Of a stretch of 63,068 bases of DNA, positions 29,348 through 39,715 are shown one piece after another (positions within the stretch are counted from its first letter, which is position 1; each line of letters begins with the position of its first letter). Source of the stretch: Selenomonas sp. GTDB lineage: Bacteria; Bacillota; Negativicutes; Selenomonadales; Selenomonadaceae. The translations under genes and the position numbers were made by a program. The stretch lies in assembly GCF_015265235.1 (NCBI RefSeq), contig NZ_JABZYJ010000001.1; one strand, 5' to 3'. A model generated the notes under the pieces. That model searched no databases and was not told the origin of the DNA. It saw only the letters and a list, made by a program, of their open reading frames with translations.

Positions 29348-30199
29348 ATGACGGCGGCTGAACAGAAAGAGCTGCGGCTCTTTGCAGTGAAGGTGCGCGA
29401 GGGAATTCTGCGCGGCACGCATGCGGCGAAAAGCGGGCATCCAGGTGGATCACTTTCGTCAGCGGACTATTTCACCTATCTCTACAAGAAGGAAATTCGT
29501 GTCGATCCGAAAAACCCGCATGATCCGAACCGCGACCGCTTTGTTCTTTCCAAGGGGCACGTTGCACCGGGGCTCTATGCGACACTGGCGAACTGCGGAT
29601 TTTTCCCCGTGGAGGAACTGCTGACCCTCCGTCATATCGGCTCGCGCCTGCAGGGGCATCCGAATATGAACCTCACGCCCGGCATCGATATGTCTACAGG
29701 CTCGCTTGGTCAGGGACTTTCGACGGCTGCGGGCATGGCAAAGGGCGCGAAGTATCTTGGCAAGGACATCAACGTCTACACACTGCTCGGCGACGGTGAG
29801 CTTGCCGAAGGACAGATCTGGGAGGCGACGATGTTCGCCGCGCACTATGGACTGGACAATCTCTGCATCGCCGTGGATGTCAATGGACTTCAGATCGACG
29901 GCAAAACCGCAGATGTCATGAATAGTGCCCCCGTGGACAAGAAATTCGAGGCGTTCGGCTGTGCCGTTCAGTGGATAGACGGGCATGATTTCACTGCTCT
30001 TGCTTCGGCATTCCACACCTTCCATGCGAATCAGGGCAGCAAGAAACCGACAGTGATTCTGATGAAGACGGTCAAGGGCAAGGATGTCTCCTTTATGGAG
30101 AATCAGGCGGGCTGGCATGGCAAAGCGCCCAACGATGCCGAGCTTGCCCAGGGACTGGAGGACTTGGCTGCGGTTCGGAAGAGCATCGAGGAGGCATGA
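29348..30199 (+). CDS. Transketolase, N-terminal (TPP-binding) subunit
   Basis: SGHPGGSLS, RDRFVLSKGH, LQGHP, GSLGQG, GDGEL.EG..WEA, WHG; ATG 29348 after GAGGAGGAG. Confidence 0.95.
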   Translation: MTAAEQKELRLFAVKVREGILRGTHAAKSGHPGGSLSSADYFTYLYKKEIRVDPKNPHDPNRDRFVLSKGHVAPGLYATLANCGFFPVEELLTLRHIGSRLQGHPNMNLTPGIDMSTGSLGQGLSTAAGMAKGAKYLGKDINVYTLLGDGELAEGQIWEATMFAAHYGLDNLCIAVDVNGLQIDGKTADVMNSAPVDKKFEAFGCAVQWIDGHDFTALASAFHTFHANQGSKKPTVILMKTVKGKDVSFMENQAGWHGKAPNDAELAQGLEDLAAVRKSIEEA

Positions 30200-30201
30200 G
30201 C

Positions 30202-31143
30202 ATGGCAGAGGTAAAGAAAATTGCAACCCGTGAGAGCTACGGCAACGGATTGGTGGAATTAGGAAAAGAACACGATAACGTCGTCGTGCTGGATGCGGAT
30301 CTTGCCGGTGCAACCAAGACGGCAATCTTTAAGAAGGCGTTCCCTGACCGTCACTTCAACTGCGGTATTGCAGAGTGCAATCTGGTAGATGTCGGCGCAG
30401 GTCTGTCGACCATGGGACTCGTGCCGTTTGTCTCGACGTTTGCCATGTTTGCGGCGGGGCGTGCCTATGAGCAGGTGCGCAATACGATCGGATACCCGCA
30501 TCTGAACGTCAAGATCTGTGCCACGCACGGCGGCATCTCCGTCGGCGAAGATGGTGCATCGCATCAGTGCTGTGAGGATTTTGCTCTCATGCGTACGATT
30601 CCCGGCATGACGGTCATGTGCCCTTCGGATGATGTGGAGGCGCGCAAAATGCTGCATGCTGCCTACGAGATGGATGGTCCTGTCTACATCCGCTTCGGAC
30701 GTGCAGCAACGCCGGTCTACCATGCGGAGGATTTTCCTTTTGTCGTTGGCAAAGGAGAGGTGCTGCAGGATGGCACGGATGTCGCGGTCATTGCCACAGG
30801 GATTCTCGTGCCGGAGGCGATCGAGGCAGGAAAACGTCTTGCGGCCGAGGGTGTCAGCACACGTGTGATCAATATGGCGACGATCAAGCCGCTCGATACA
30901 GAGATCGTTCTTCGTGCAGCGCGTGAATGCGGGAAGATTGTCACGGTAGAGGAGCATAACATCATCGGCGGACTTGGCGAAGCGGTCTGCGCTACGCTTG
31001 CGGAAGGATGTCCCGTTCCTGTCCGCCGTGTCGGTGTCAACGATGCGTTCGGACACTCTGGCCCTGCGGCAGAGCTCTTGAAGGAGTTCGGTCTGACTGC
31101 TGACCACATTGTCGAGGCGGCACGCACGCTGGCGGGAAAATAA
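30202..31143 (+). CDS. Transketolase, C-terminal subunit
   Basis: ATRESYG, LDADL, GIAE.N, GEDGASHQ, TIKPLD, VEEH..IGGLG; start 30196 or 30202. Confidence 0.95.
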   Translation: MAEVKKIATRESYGNGLVELGKEHDNVVVLDADLAGATKTAIFKKAFPDRHFNCGIAECNLVDVGAGLSTMGLVPFVSTFAMFAAGRAYEQVRNTIGYPHLNVKICATHGGISVGEDGASHQCCEDFALMRTIPGMTVMCPSDDVEARKMLHAAYEMDGPVYIRFGRAATPVYHAEDFPFVVGKGEVLQDGTDVAVIATGILVPEAIEAGKRLAAEGVSTRVINMATIKPLDTEIVLRAARECGKIVTVEEHNIIGGLGEAVCATLAEGCPVPVRRVGVNDAFGHSGPAAELLKEFGLTADHIVEAARTLAGK

Positions 31144-31154
31144 TATCAATACAG

Positions 31155-31191
31155 AAGATGTTCTCTTTCATTGGAGAACATCTTTTGTTTT
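31155..31191 (+). terminator. Intrinsic terminator
   Basis: AAGATGTTCTC / GAGAACATCTT stem then TTGTTTT. Confidence 0.8.
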
Positions 31192-31208
31192 ATCCGTGCT
31201 TTCCTAGA

Positions 31209-31237
31209 TTGCACGATATTCCTTTTTCCCTTATAAT
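31209..31237 (+). promoter_or_regulatory. Putative sigma-A promoter of the HAD gene
   Basis: TTGCAC-17 bp-TATAAT. Confidence 0.65.
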
Positions 31238-31277
31238 AGGAATAAGAGTCATAAGAGTTATATGAAATGAGGATGTT

Positions 31278-31991
31278 ATGAGAATACAGGGCGTAGTGTT
31301 TGATGTTGATGACACACTGTATGATATGGCGCAGCCATTCTATGCTGCATTACGAAGACTCTATGGGGAGCGCAGTGAGTTCGACTTGCCATCTCTCTTT
31401 TTGTCCTTTCGTCGCTATAGCGATGAGCGGTTTGAGGAGTCACAAACAGGGAAAATCAGTATGGAGCAATTCTATATTTATCGCATCCAAAAAACGCTAG
31501 AAGAAGCTGACGTTCAGACGACGGATGCGCAGGCATTGGCGTTTCAGCGTGTCTATATGGGGCTCCAGTATCAGATTCGGCTCTCGCCAATGATGATTCG
31601 CATGTTTAACGAGCTCCGTTCGCGCGCCAAACTCGGTGTGATTACCAACGGCGAATCTGCACATCAGAGAAAAAAGATAGCTTCTCTTGGTCTGTCAAAA
31701 TGGATGCCGGAAGAGACAACGATCGTATCAGGTGACTACAAGTTTCGTAAACCAGACCCTCGTATTTTCCAACTGATGGAGGAACGTATGGATCTGGACA
31801 AGGCGGGGCTTCTCTATGTCGGTGATGCATTTGAGATGGATGTTAAAGGTGCGATAGAGGCAGGCTGGAGTGCTGTTTGGTACAATCGTCGTGATCGAGC
31901 CGTGCCGACGGATGCTGCGGGTCTGTCATTTACTGAAGTTTCATCCGAGGATAAATTGCTTTCCGTTGTTGTCAAAGCCGTGCGCGGGTGA
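31278..31991 (+). CDS. HAD family hydrolase (HAD-IA, YjjG/YfnB-like)
   Basis: Motif I FDVDDTLYD, motif II ITNG, motif III KPDPRIF, motif IV YVGD...D..GA..AG. Confidence 0.92.
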   Translation: MRIQGVVFDVDDTLYDMAQPFYAALRRLYGERSEFDLPSLFLSFRRYSDERFEESQTGKISMEQFYIYRIQKTLEEADVQTTDAQALAFQRVYMGLQYQIRLSPMMIRMFNELRSRAKLGVITNGESAHQRKKIASLGLSKWMPEETTIVSGDYKFRKPDPRIFQLMEERMDLDKAGLLYVGDAFEMDVKGAIEAGWSAVWYNRRDRAVPTDAAGLSFTEVSSEDKLLSVVVKAVRG

Positions 31992-32031
31992 TTTGAACGT
32001 AATTCATCTGTGATTCCTGATGAAACAATAT

Positions 32032-32065
32032 AAAAATAGCTCATCCATACGGATGAGCTATTTTG
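32032..32065. terminator. Bidirectional terminator between convergent HAD and fba
   Basis: AAAATAGCTCATCC-atac-GGATGAGCTATTTT. Confidence 0.85.
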
Positions 32066-32084
32066 TACTGCTTAAGTCGTGGAA

Positions 32085-33083
32085 TTACTTGTTCTGGTCG
32101 ATGAGAGCCTGAACTTCGGGTGCCTTTCCATCCGAGCCGAGGACTTCCTTGATCTTGTGAGCAACGAGCTCCTTGATGTAGTTACGACCATCGGACAGGT
32201 ACTGACGCGGGTCAAAGTGCGACGGCTCCTTATGGAAGTGCTCGCGGATGCCTGCCGTCATCGCAAGACGCAGATCGGAATCGATGTTGATCTTGCAGAC
32301 GGCCGACTTTGCAGCACGGCGGAGCTGATCCTCGGGAATGCCGACCGCATCCGGCATGTGACCGCCGTTCTCGTTGATGATCTTGACGTACTTCGGAATA
32401 ACAGAGGACGCACCATGGAGCACGATGGGGAATCCCGGGATACGCTTCTCGATCTCCTCAAGAATATCAAAGCGGAGCGGGGGCGGTACAAGAACGCCGT
32501 CCGCATTGCGCGTGCACTGCTCCGGCGTAAACTTAAATGCGCCGTGCGACGTGCCGATCGCGATAGCGAGGGAGTCAACCCCCGTCTTCTCGACAAAGTC
32601 CTGTACTTCCTCCGGCTTCGTGTAGGAAGCATCTTCTGCCGAGACGTTGACATCGTCTTCGATACCTGCCAGCTGACCAAGTTCTGCCTCGACAACAACG
32701 CCGTGTGCATGTGCATACTCGGCAACGCGCTTAGCAAGTGCCACGTTTTCTGTGTAGGGGAGATGCGAGCCGTCGATCATGACGGAGGTGAAACCGCCAT
32801 CGATGCACGCCTTGCAGATGTCAAAATCTGCGCCGTGGTCGAGGTGAAGTGCGATGGGAATATCATTGATTTCAAGTGCTGCCTTGACGAGATGGACAAG
32901 GTACTCATGACGGGCGTACTTGCGTGCACCTGCGGAGACCTGCAGAATCAGCGGAGACTTCAACTCTCCGGCGGCATCCGTAATCCCCTGGACAATCTCC
33001 ATGTTGTTGACGTTGAAAGCACCGATGGCATATCCGCCGTCGTAGGCTTTCTTAAACATTTCTTTTGTTCCGACGAGTGGCAT
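32085..33083 (-). CDS. fba: Class II fructose-1,6-bisphosphate aldolase
   Basis: YAIGAFNVNN, LHLDHG, SVMIDGS, VEAELG, AIGTSHG, VLHGASS, KINIDSD. Confidence 0.97.
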   Translation of the reverse strand: MPLVGTKEMFKKAYDGGYAIGAFNVNNMEIVQGITDAAGELKSPLILQVSAGARKYARHEYLVHLVKAALEINDIPIALHLDHGADFDICKACIDGGFTSVMIDGSHLPYTENVALAKRVAEYAHAHGVVVEAELGQLAGIEDDVNVSAEDASYTKPEEVQDFVEKTGVDSLAIAIGTSHGAFKFTPEQCTRNADGVLVPPPLRFDILEEIEKRIPGFPIVLHGASSVIPKYVKIINENGGHMPDAVGIPEDQLRRAAKSAVCKINIDSDLRLAMTAGIREHFHKEPSHFDPRQYLSDGRNYIKELVAHKIKEVLGSDGKAPEVQALIDQNK

Positions 33084-33165
33084 GTGATTACCCCCTAAAT
33101 AGACTATAAGTTAATCATCGCATAGCCTAATTATAGCATAGATTATTGAGTGAAGATACCGCTTT

Positions 33166-33194
33166 TTGAAATTTCCCATCGGTTCTGTTATAAT
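33166..33194 (+). promoter_or_regulatory. Sigma-A promoter of the smc operon (divergent from fba)
   Basis: TTGAAA-17 bp-TATAAT with TG extended -10; a minus-strand TGCTATAAT at 33130-33138 could serve fba. Confidence 0.7.
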
Positions 33195-33227
33195 GGGAAC
33201 ACTAATCGGTAAAGGCGGGTGCATCGC

Positions 33228-36200
33228 GTGCAGTTAAAGCGCTTGGAGGCTTATGGGTTCAAGTCATTCGCCGAGCGAATTGTCGTCCAGTTTGATCAGG
33301 GGATCACAGCGGTTGTGGGACCGAATGGCAGTGGGAAAAGCAACATTACTGACGCAGTGCGCTGGGTTCTGGGGGAACAGAATATCCGTATGCTGCGTGG
33401 GCTGCGTGCCGAGGACATCATCTTTGCCGGCTCTTCTGCACGGCGCGCGCTGAGTGTGGCAGAGGTAATTCTTGTATTTGACAATACGGATAAGACGCTG
33501 CCCATCGACTACGAGGAGGTTGTGGTCAAGCGTCGGCTGTATCGCAATGGAGACAGTGAAATATATCTGAACGATTCCCGCTGCCGTATCAAGGATATAT
33601 ATCAGTTGTTTGCCGACACGGGGATCGGACACGATGGTATGAGCATCATCGGACAGAATCGCCTGAACGACATCCTTGACAGCCGTCCGGAAGATCGGCG
33701 CGTTTTTTTCGAGGAAACTGCGGGGATCACGAAATACCGCACGCGCAAACAGGAGGCACTCCGCAAGTTGCGCGACAACGATGCTGACCTCGTGCGCCTG
33801 AGTGACATTATGCACGCGCAGGCTGCTGAGCTCCAGCCGTTGTCCCAACAGGCGGAAAAGACCAAACAGTTCCGCGCACTGGATTCAGAGCGACGGAGCT
33901 ACCAGCTGACCGCCCTCGTCCAGCAGCACGAAAGCCTGCAAAAAGAACAGGAATCCGCTGATCGAGAGCTGCATGTGCACGAAGAGGCAGAGATACGTGC
34001 AATGCAGGAGAGAAAAGAAAAAGAAGATCAGAAGACTGTGCTCGAAGAGAAAATGGCTGCTATTGATCTCCGTATGGGGGAACAGGAACAAAAGAGCACA
34101 GAGCTTCAATCTAATCTGGATCATTTGACCAGAGAAGCTGCTCTCCTGGAAGGGCGCCGGGATGAAGGGGAGAAACGAAAAGCATATATTGAGCAACAAC
34201 GCCAGTCTGCCGAAGTTAAGATCCAGACGACACGACAGGAAATTGCTCAGATTGATGCTCTCCTCGTACGGAAAAGAGAGGAATGTACCGGAAAAGAACA
34301 TGCGCTGCATGAGGCATGTGCTGAACTTGAACGCGTGCAGGCTCTCATGCATACAGAGGAAAAGGAACAGGAGCGTAATGCGCATGCACGGCACGCCGTA
34401 CAGCGTGTGTTGGCACGTCTGCGTGAAAAACTTGCTGCCGTATCGGGGGCTCATCAAGACAGCGACCATGCGGCATCGGCACAGGAGGAGCTTGCCCGAA
34501 GAAGGTCACTTTTGATAGAGACACAGTCTGAACTTACAGCAGCAGAGGATGAGGCTCGCCATATCGAAGAAGAATTGTGCGGGGTGAAAGAAAAATGCAG
34601 CCGCATCCAAAAAGAGATGGAAGAACTTCGCCGTGCACAGGAGAATGATGAACGGCAGATCAGACAGACTGAGGGCGAGATGCTCCGTGCACAGCAGAGT
34701 CTGGAGTTTCTTCGGCGTATGCAGGAGAGCTATGAGGGATTTGGCAAGGACGTACAGATCGTCCTCCGTGCCCAGGAGCCGTGGCGAAGCCACGTGGCGG
34801 GAACCGTCGCCGATCTCGTTCGTATTCCGCAGCGCTTCCTTGCGGCAATGGAGGCAGCGCTCGGTGGGAGTGTGCGCAATATTGTCACCGAAGATGCACA
34901 GACGGCAAAGGAAGCGATCAGCTATCTGAAACGGAATCATGGCGGACGCGTCACCTTTCTCCCACTGACGACGATCGCTGTGCGTTCTCCACGGGATATA
35001 GATGTCAAGCAGCATAAAGGCATCATCGGCTGGGCGAATACACTCGTTCAAGCGGATGGACAATTTCAGCGTGTCGTGGATCATCTCCTTGGTCAGACAC
35101 TGGTGATGGAAACCCTCGACGATGCTCTTGTGACAGCGAAGAAGGAAGGCTATCGTCTTCGCATCGTAACACTTACCGGAGAGTTGCTGAATCCCGGCGG
35201 GTCACTTTCGGGCGGAGGGCGAAGGAAACAGCAGACAATGCTGCTCAATCGCCATGCGGAGATCGAGGAAACTGAGGCGAATCTTGCAGCGAAAAGCAAA
35301 CTATGCGGCGCATGTCGTGCTGCACGAGAAGAGCATCAGAATGCGTGGCAAATAAAAGATCGTGACGTTCAGCGTTGTACGAAGCAAATCGGGCAACTGT
35401 CGGGTGAACTATTAAAAAACAATGGAAATCGTGAACTGTTGCAGGCACGCGCACTGGATCATGCAGAGGCAATTCAGAAGATGGAGCATGCTGAGCAGGA
35501 ACGTGCTATATACTCCGCACAGCTCGCCAAGAAACGTGTGCAGCTCGAGCGTCATATCGCGCAGTGTGAGGCACATGAGTCTCGCTTTATCCATGAACAG
35601 GAGAAGCTGAATCAGACCGGCAGGGAGTATGGTGCTGCATTAAAAAAGACAGCGGACTCCATCCATGCACTCGAAGTGGAGCTTGCTTCACTTCGAACCT
35701 CCATTGATACGGAGGAAATGCATCGTAAGTCCCGTGTATTGGAAGAGCAGGATGCCCGTAAGACACAAAGTGATATTGCTGCTCAGGAAAAGCAGCTGTC
35801 TGAGGAACTGACGGCGGGGATAGCGCGGATTGCATCGCTCTCAGAGGAGATCTCTGTACAGGAGAAACTCCTTCGTGAGAGCAGAAAAAACAGCAGTGAT
35901 CTCCGGGATGCACGTCTTGCTCATGAAGCAGATGTGCGCGTTTTGGATGAGGCACTGAAGAAATGTCTCATAAATTTGGAAGAGATCCGCTCCAAACGGC
36001 ATGAGTGCGATAAGCTCGTGGAACGGATTCATCTGCGTATGGGGGACTGTCGTGAGCGTTTACTGAGCGATTTTGGCCTCACTCCCGAATCGGCGTATGC
36101 AAAGGCGAAGCATGCAGAGCCGCAGGTAGTCAGCGCACATCTGCGCGAGCTTGAATCCGCCATTCAATCACTTGGCACAGTCAATCCGAATGCCATAGAG

Positions 36201-36788
36201 GAGTACGAAGAAAAGAAAGCACGATACGAGGAAGAAGAACGCCAAGTAGAGGATCTGAAATCGGCCAAACAGGATATCGAGCAGATCATTCAAAAGATAG
36301 ACCAGGATATGACCCGGACATTCCGCGAAGCATTCCGTCAGATTCAGGAGTATTTCAACGAGATATTTGTGCGGCTCTTTGGCGGAGGAATCGCAGAATT
36401 GCGGTTGACGGACAAGGAAGATATTCTGAACAGTGGTGTTGAGATTCTCGTTACCCTGCCGGATAAGAAACGGCAGAATCTGTCTGCTCTATCCGGCGGT
36501 GAGCGTGCACTCACGGTGATCGCCTTGTTGTTTTCCTTTCTTCGCTATCGGCCGTCTCCATTTTCCATTCTCGACGAGATTGATGCGCCGCTGGATGAGG
36601 CAAATGTGTCGCGCTTCGGTGACTTCCTGCAGGAGTTTGCAAAACACACGCAGTTTATTGTGGTCACGCATCGGAAGGGAACCATGCGGGCGGCGGATAC
36701 GATGTACGGCGTTACCGTGGAGGATGCCGGTGTCTCCAAGGTGCTGTCCATCCGCTTGAAGGATTATGAGGCAGAACAGAGCGCCTAA
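33228..36788 (+). CDS. smc: Chromosome segregation protein SMC
   Basis: GFKSF, Walker A GPNGSGKS, coiled coils, hinge GRVTFLPL / GGSLSGG, LSGGE, LDEIDAPLD; GTG start 33228 (or 33219). Confidence 0.97.
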   Translation: MQLKRLEAYGFKSFAERIVVQFDQGITAVVGPNGSGKSNITDAVRWVLGEQNIRMLRGLRAEDIIFAGSSARRALSVAEVILVFDNTDKTLPIDYEEVVVKRRLYRNGDSEIYLNDSRCRIKDIYQLFADTGIGHDGMSIIGQNRLNDILDSRPEDRRVFFEETAGITKYRTRKQEALRKLRDNDADLVRLSDIMHAQAAELQPLSQQAEKTKQFRALDSERRSYQLTALVQQHESLQKEQESADRELHVHEEAEIRAMQERKEKEDQKTVLEEKMAAIDLRMGEQEQKSTELQSNLDHLTREAALLEGRRDEGEKRKAYIEQQRQSAEVKIQTTRQEIAQIDALLVRKREECTGKEHALHEACAELERVQALMHTEEKEQERNAHARHAVQRVLARLREKLAAVSGAHQDSDHAASAQEELARRRSLLIETQSELTAAEDEARHIEEELCGVKEKCSRIQKEMEELRRAQENDERQIRQTEGEMLRAQQSLEFLRRMQESYEGFGKDVQIVLRAQEPWRSHVAGTVADLVRIPQRFLAAMEAALGGSVRNIVTEDAQTAKEAISYLKRNHGGRVTFLPLTTIAVRSPRDIDVKQHKGIIGWANTLVQADGQFQRVVDHLLGQTLVMETLDDALVTAKKEGYRLRIVTLTGELLNPGGSLSGGGRRKQQTMLLNRHAEIEETEANLAAKSKLCGACRAAREEHQNAWQIKDRDVQRCTKQIGQLSGELLKNNGNRELLQARALDHAEAIQKMEHAEQERAIYSAQLAKKRVQLERHIAQCEAHESRFIHEQEKLNQTGREYGAALKKTADSIHALEVELASLRTSIDTEEMHRKSRVLEEQDARKTQSDIAAQEKQLSEELTAGIARIASLSEEISVQEKLLRESRKNSSDLRDARLAHEADVRVLDEALKKCLINLEEIRSKRHECDKLVERIHLRMGDCRERLLSDFGLTPESAYAKAKHAEPQVVSAHLRELESAIQSLGTVNPNAIEEYEEKKARYEEEERQVEDLKSAKQDIEQIIQKIDQDMTRTFREAFRQIQEYFNEIFVRLFGGGIAELRLTDKEDILNSGVEILVTLPDKKRQNLSALSGGERALTVIALLFSFLRYRPSPFSILDEIDAPLDEANVSRFGDFLQEFAKHTQFIVVTHRKGTMRAADTMYGVTVEDAGVSKVLSIRLKDYEAEQSA

Positions 36789-36817
36789 TCAGCGCTTCCT
36801 CAGAGAAAGGAGTTGTC

Positions 36818-37750
36818 GTGGGATTCTTTGATCGCCTGAAAAAAGGCTTAACGAAGACACGGGAGAATTTTACCCATAGCATTGAACGCTTGATTATTGG
36901 CTATGCTGATATTGATGACGATCTCATCGATGAGCTGGAAGAAACCCTTTTGATGGCTGATGTTGGCGTCAAGACGACGGAGATGCTGATCGCGTCTGTA
37001 CGAAAGGGGATCAGAAATAAGGACATTCAGACGCCGGATGACTTGATTCCTTTTCTGGAAAAAGAAATTGTCCGCATCTTGGATCGCGGAGAGAGTGATA
37101 CGCCCATGGCGGATTGCCCTCCAACGGTGATCTTGGTGGTTGGGACAAATGGCGTCGGCAAGACAACAACCATTGGGAAGCTGAGTGCCTACTACCGCCA
37201 CCAGGGCAAAAGTGTTTTGCTGGCGGCGGCGGATACGTTTCGCGCAGCCGCCATCGAGCAGCTTGAGGTTTGGGGCAAGCGAGCGGATGTCCAGGTCATT
37301 AAACATGGCGAAGGATCGGATCCCGCCGCCGTTGTGTTTGATGCGCTTCAGGCGGCAAAGGCACGCAGAACGGAGCTTGTCATCGTGGATACGGCGGGGC
37401 GCCTCCAGACAAAGTCCAATCTCATGCAGGAACTGGAGAAGATCTACCGTGTGATCGGACGTGAGGTGCCGGGAGCTCCACATGAGACACTGCTTGTTCT
37501 CGATGCAGGGACGGGTCAGAACGCGATCAGCCAGGCGGAATTGTTTTCGCAGGCAGCCCCTGTCACCGGCGTCGTCCTTACCAAGCTGGACGGTACGGCA
37601 AAGGGCGGCGTTACGATCGGCATCACCGCGCAGCTCGACATACCCATCAAGTGGATTGGCGTAGGGGAGGGCATTGACGACTTACGTCCCTTTCATGCGG
37701 AGGATTTCGTCAACGCACTGTTTGCCAAACGCGAAGATGCAGAAGCATGA
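36818..37750 (+). CDS. ftsY: Signal recognition particle receptor FtsY
   Basis: [37 protein letters not shown]. Confidence 0.98.
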   Translation: MGFFDRLKKGLTKTRENFTHSIERLIIGYADIDDDLIDELEETLLMADVGVKTTEMLIASVRKGIRNKDIQTPDDLIPFLEKEIVRILDRGESDTPMADCPPTVILVVGTNGVGKTTTIGKLSAYYRHQGKSVLLAAADTFRAAAIEQLEVWGKRADVQVIKHGEGSDPAAVVFDALQAAKARRTELVIVDTAGRLQTKSNLMQELEKIYRVIGREVPGAPHETLLVLDAGTGQNAISQAELFSQAAPVTGVVLTKLDGTAKGGVTIGITAQLDIPIKWIGVGEGIDDLRPFHAEDFVNALFAKREDAEA

Positions 37751-37787
37751 TAGATATGGATATCTATAACGAAAGAAGGAATCGTCG

Positions 37788-38339
37788 ATGTATGAAGATC
37801 TGATCGAGCATACCGTCCGCAGCGAGGATATATTTGACGGCACGTTGCTGCATGTGCGCCGCGATACCGTGCGTCTGCCGAATGGAAAAGAGGGGGTGCG
37901 CGAATGGATTCGCCATCCGGGGGCTGCGGCCGTACTTCCGCTCCTCCCCGATGGAAATGTTATTCTCGTGCGGCAGTATCGCCACCCGATTGGAAAGGTT
38001 ACCTTGGAAGTCCCCGCCGGAAAGCTTGATGCCGAGGGGGAAGATCCGCTGCACTGTGCGCGGCGGGAGCTGTCGGAGGAGACGGGCTACACGGCGGAAC
38101 AGTACGATAAACTGACGACAATTGCAACCACCGTCGGCTTCTCGAATGAGTACATTCATCTGTACCTCGCACGTCAGCTTTCCTCCGGGCGGCAGCATAC
38201 GGATGAAGATGAGTTTGTCAATGTGGTGCAAATGCCGCTAAAGGAAGCGCTGCATCTGGTCAACACAGGAGAAATCATCGATGCCAAAACCATCATCTCT
38301 CTGATGATGGCAGCGCCGCATTGTCCCATCGAGTCATAG
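37788..38339 (+). CDS. nudF: NUDIX hydrolase, ADP-ribose pyrophosphatase family
   Basis: HPGAA, VRQYR, E.PAGK...E....ARREL.EETG, DEDEF, I.DAKT. Confidence 0.85.
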   Translation: MYEDLIEHTVRSEDIFDGTLLHVRRDTVRLPNGKEGVREWIRHPGAAAVLPLLPDGNVILVRQYRHPIGKVTLEVPAGKLDAEGEDPLHCARRELSEETGYTAEQYDKLTTIATTVGFSNEYIHLYLARQLSSGRQHTDEDEFVNVVQMPLKEALHLVNTGEIIDAKTIISLMMAAPHCPIES

Positions 38340-38348
38340 GAGATATTG

Positions 38349-38978
38349 ATGTTCGGATTTGATTTACAGGAAATGTTGCTCGGCATTCCCGGGCTTGTCA
38401 TTGCGATGACCTTCCACGAGTATGCACATGCGCGTGCCGCCGTCTCTCTGGGGGACTTCACCCCGCGTCTCATGGGCCGGCTGACGCTGAACCCGACGGC
38501 CCATATCGACCCCATTGGTCTCCTGATGCTCTTCTTGGTACGATTTGGATGGGCAAAGCCGGTCATGATTAATCCAAGCAATTTTCGTCAACCAAAGCGT
38601 GACGATATTCTCGTATCACTCGCGGGACCGATGATGAATTTGTTCCTCGGCTTTGTGGCATTTTACGTTATGCTGCTGATCAATGCACACCGCCTTGATG
38701 TCTCGCAGATCACCTATACGATCATACAGATGATCTTCGTCTACAACGTGAACTTTGCCATTTTCAATATGCTTCCTATCCCGCCGCTCGACGGCTCGCA
38801 TATTCTTCGCAATCTGCTGCCGCCGGATCTTGCCTATCGTTATCAGTCGATTGAGCGGTACAGTATTCTCATCATGATCGTATTTATTGCGACACCGATT
38901 CTGAGCGTTGTGCTGATGCCGCTCTTTCGCTTGGTCTATGGATTCTATAAAGTGCTTGGCTCAGCACTCCTGTTTTAG
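38349..38978 (+). CDS. Site-2 protease (M50) family protein
   Basis: HEYAH, GRLTLNP..HID..G, FGWAKPV, AGP..N, FNMLPIPPLDGS. Confidence 0.93.
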   Translation: MFGFDLQEMLLGIPGLVIAMTFHEYAHARAAVSLGDFTPRLMGRLTLNPTAHIDPIGLLMLFLVRFGWAKPVMINPSNFRQPKRDDILVSLAGPMMNLFLGFVAFYVMLLINAHRLDVSQITYTIIQMIFVYNVNFAIFNMLPIPPLDGSHILRNLLPPDLAYRYQSIERYSILIMIVFIATPILSVVLMPLFRLVYGFYKVLGSALLF

Positions 38979-38986
38979 GCTGTGTC

Positions 38987-39715
38987 ATGAAGGACGACTA
39001 TCTGGTCAAATTAGATGCGTTTGAGGGGCCTATGGATCTGCTCATGCATCTTATTGAAAAGAATAAGATCGATCTCTATGATATTCCGATTGCCGATTTG
39101 ACGCGTCAGTATCTAGATCATATTGACAGGCTCTACCAGTTCGATATTGAATATGCCAGCGAGTTCTTGGTCATGGCGGCAACGCTGCTGCGGATTAAAG
39201 CCCGTATGCTGCTTCCTCCGGCCGAAACGGATGAGGAGCAGGAAGAGGATCCGCGCAGGGAGCTTGTCGAACGTCTGTTGGAGTATCGTCGATTCAAAGA
39301 AATCGCGTCACTTCTCGCAACGATGAACGATGCACAGAGTCCCTATGTGGAACGCTCTCCCATGCCGCTTCCTGCGCATCGTATGCCGCTGCTTGGTCTT
39401 TCTCCTGATGCGCTTCTGCGGGCTTTTTCGGATGTCCTGCGCGCGCAGGAGAAGCCACGCATACCGACGGTTGTCATTTCAGCGGAGGAGTATCGTGTGC
39501 AGGATAAGATGGCGGATATTCTGGCTCTTCTCCATACACATCATGGCCGCATGAAACTGAGCGACGCGTTTCCCAGCGGAACGCGGGAAGAGCTGCTCTC
39601 TGCTTTTTTGGCACTGCTGGAGCTCGTTAAGATGCAGACCGTACTCGTTACGCAGGAATGTCTGTATCATGTGATTACGATTTCAACAAAGGAGGGCAGC
39701 AGTGCAGTCTCTTAG
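38987..39715 (+). CDS. scpA: Segregation and condensation protein A (kleisin)
   Basis: FEGPMDLL.HLI, EFLVMAATLL.IK.R.LLP, FLALLEL. Confidence 0.96.
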   Translation: MKDDYLVKLDAFEGPMDLLMHLIEKNKIDLYDIPIADLTRQYLDHIDRLYQFDIEYASEFLVMAATLLRIKARMLLPPAETDEEQEEDPRRELVERLLEYRRFKEIASLLATMNDAQSPYVERSPMPLPAHRMPLLGLSPDALLRAFSDVLRAQEKPRIPTVVISAEEYRVQDKMADILALLHTHHGRMKLSDAFPSGTREELLSAFLALLELVKMQTVLVTQECLYHVITISTKEGSSAVS

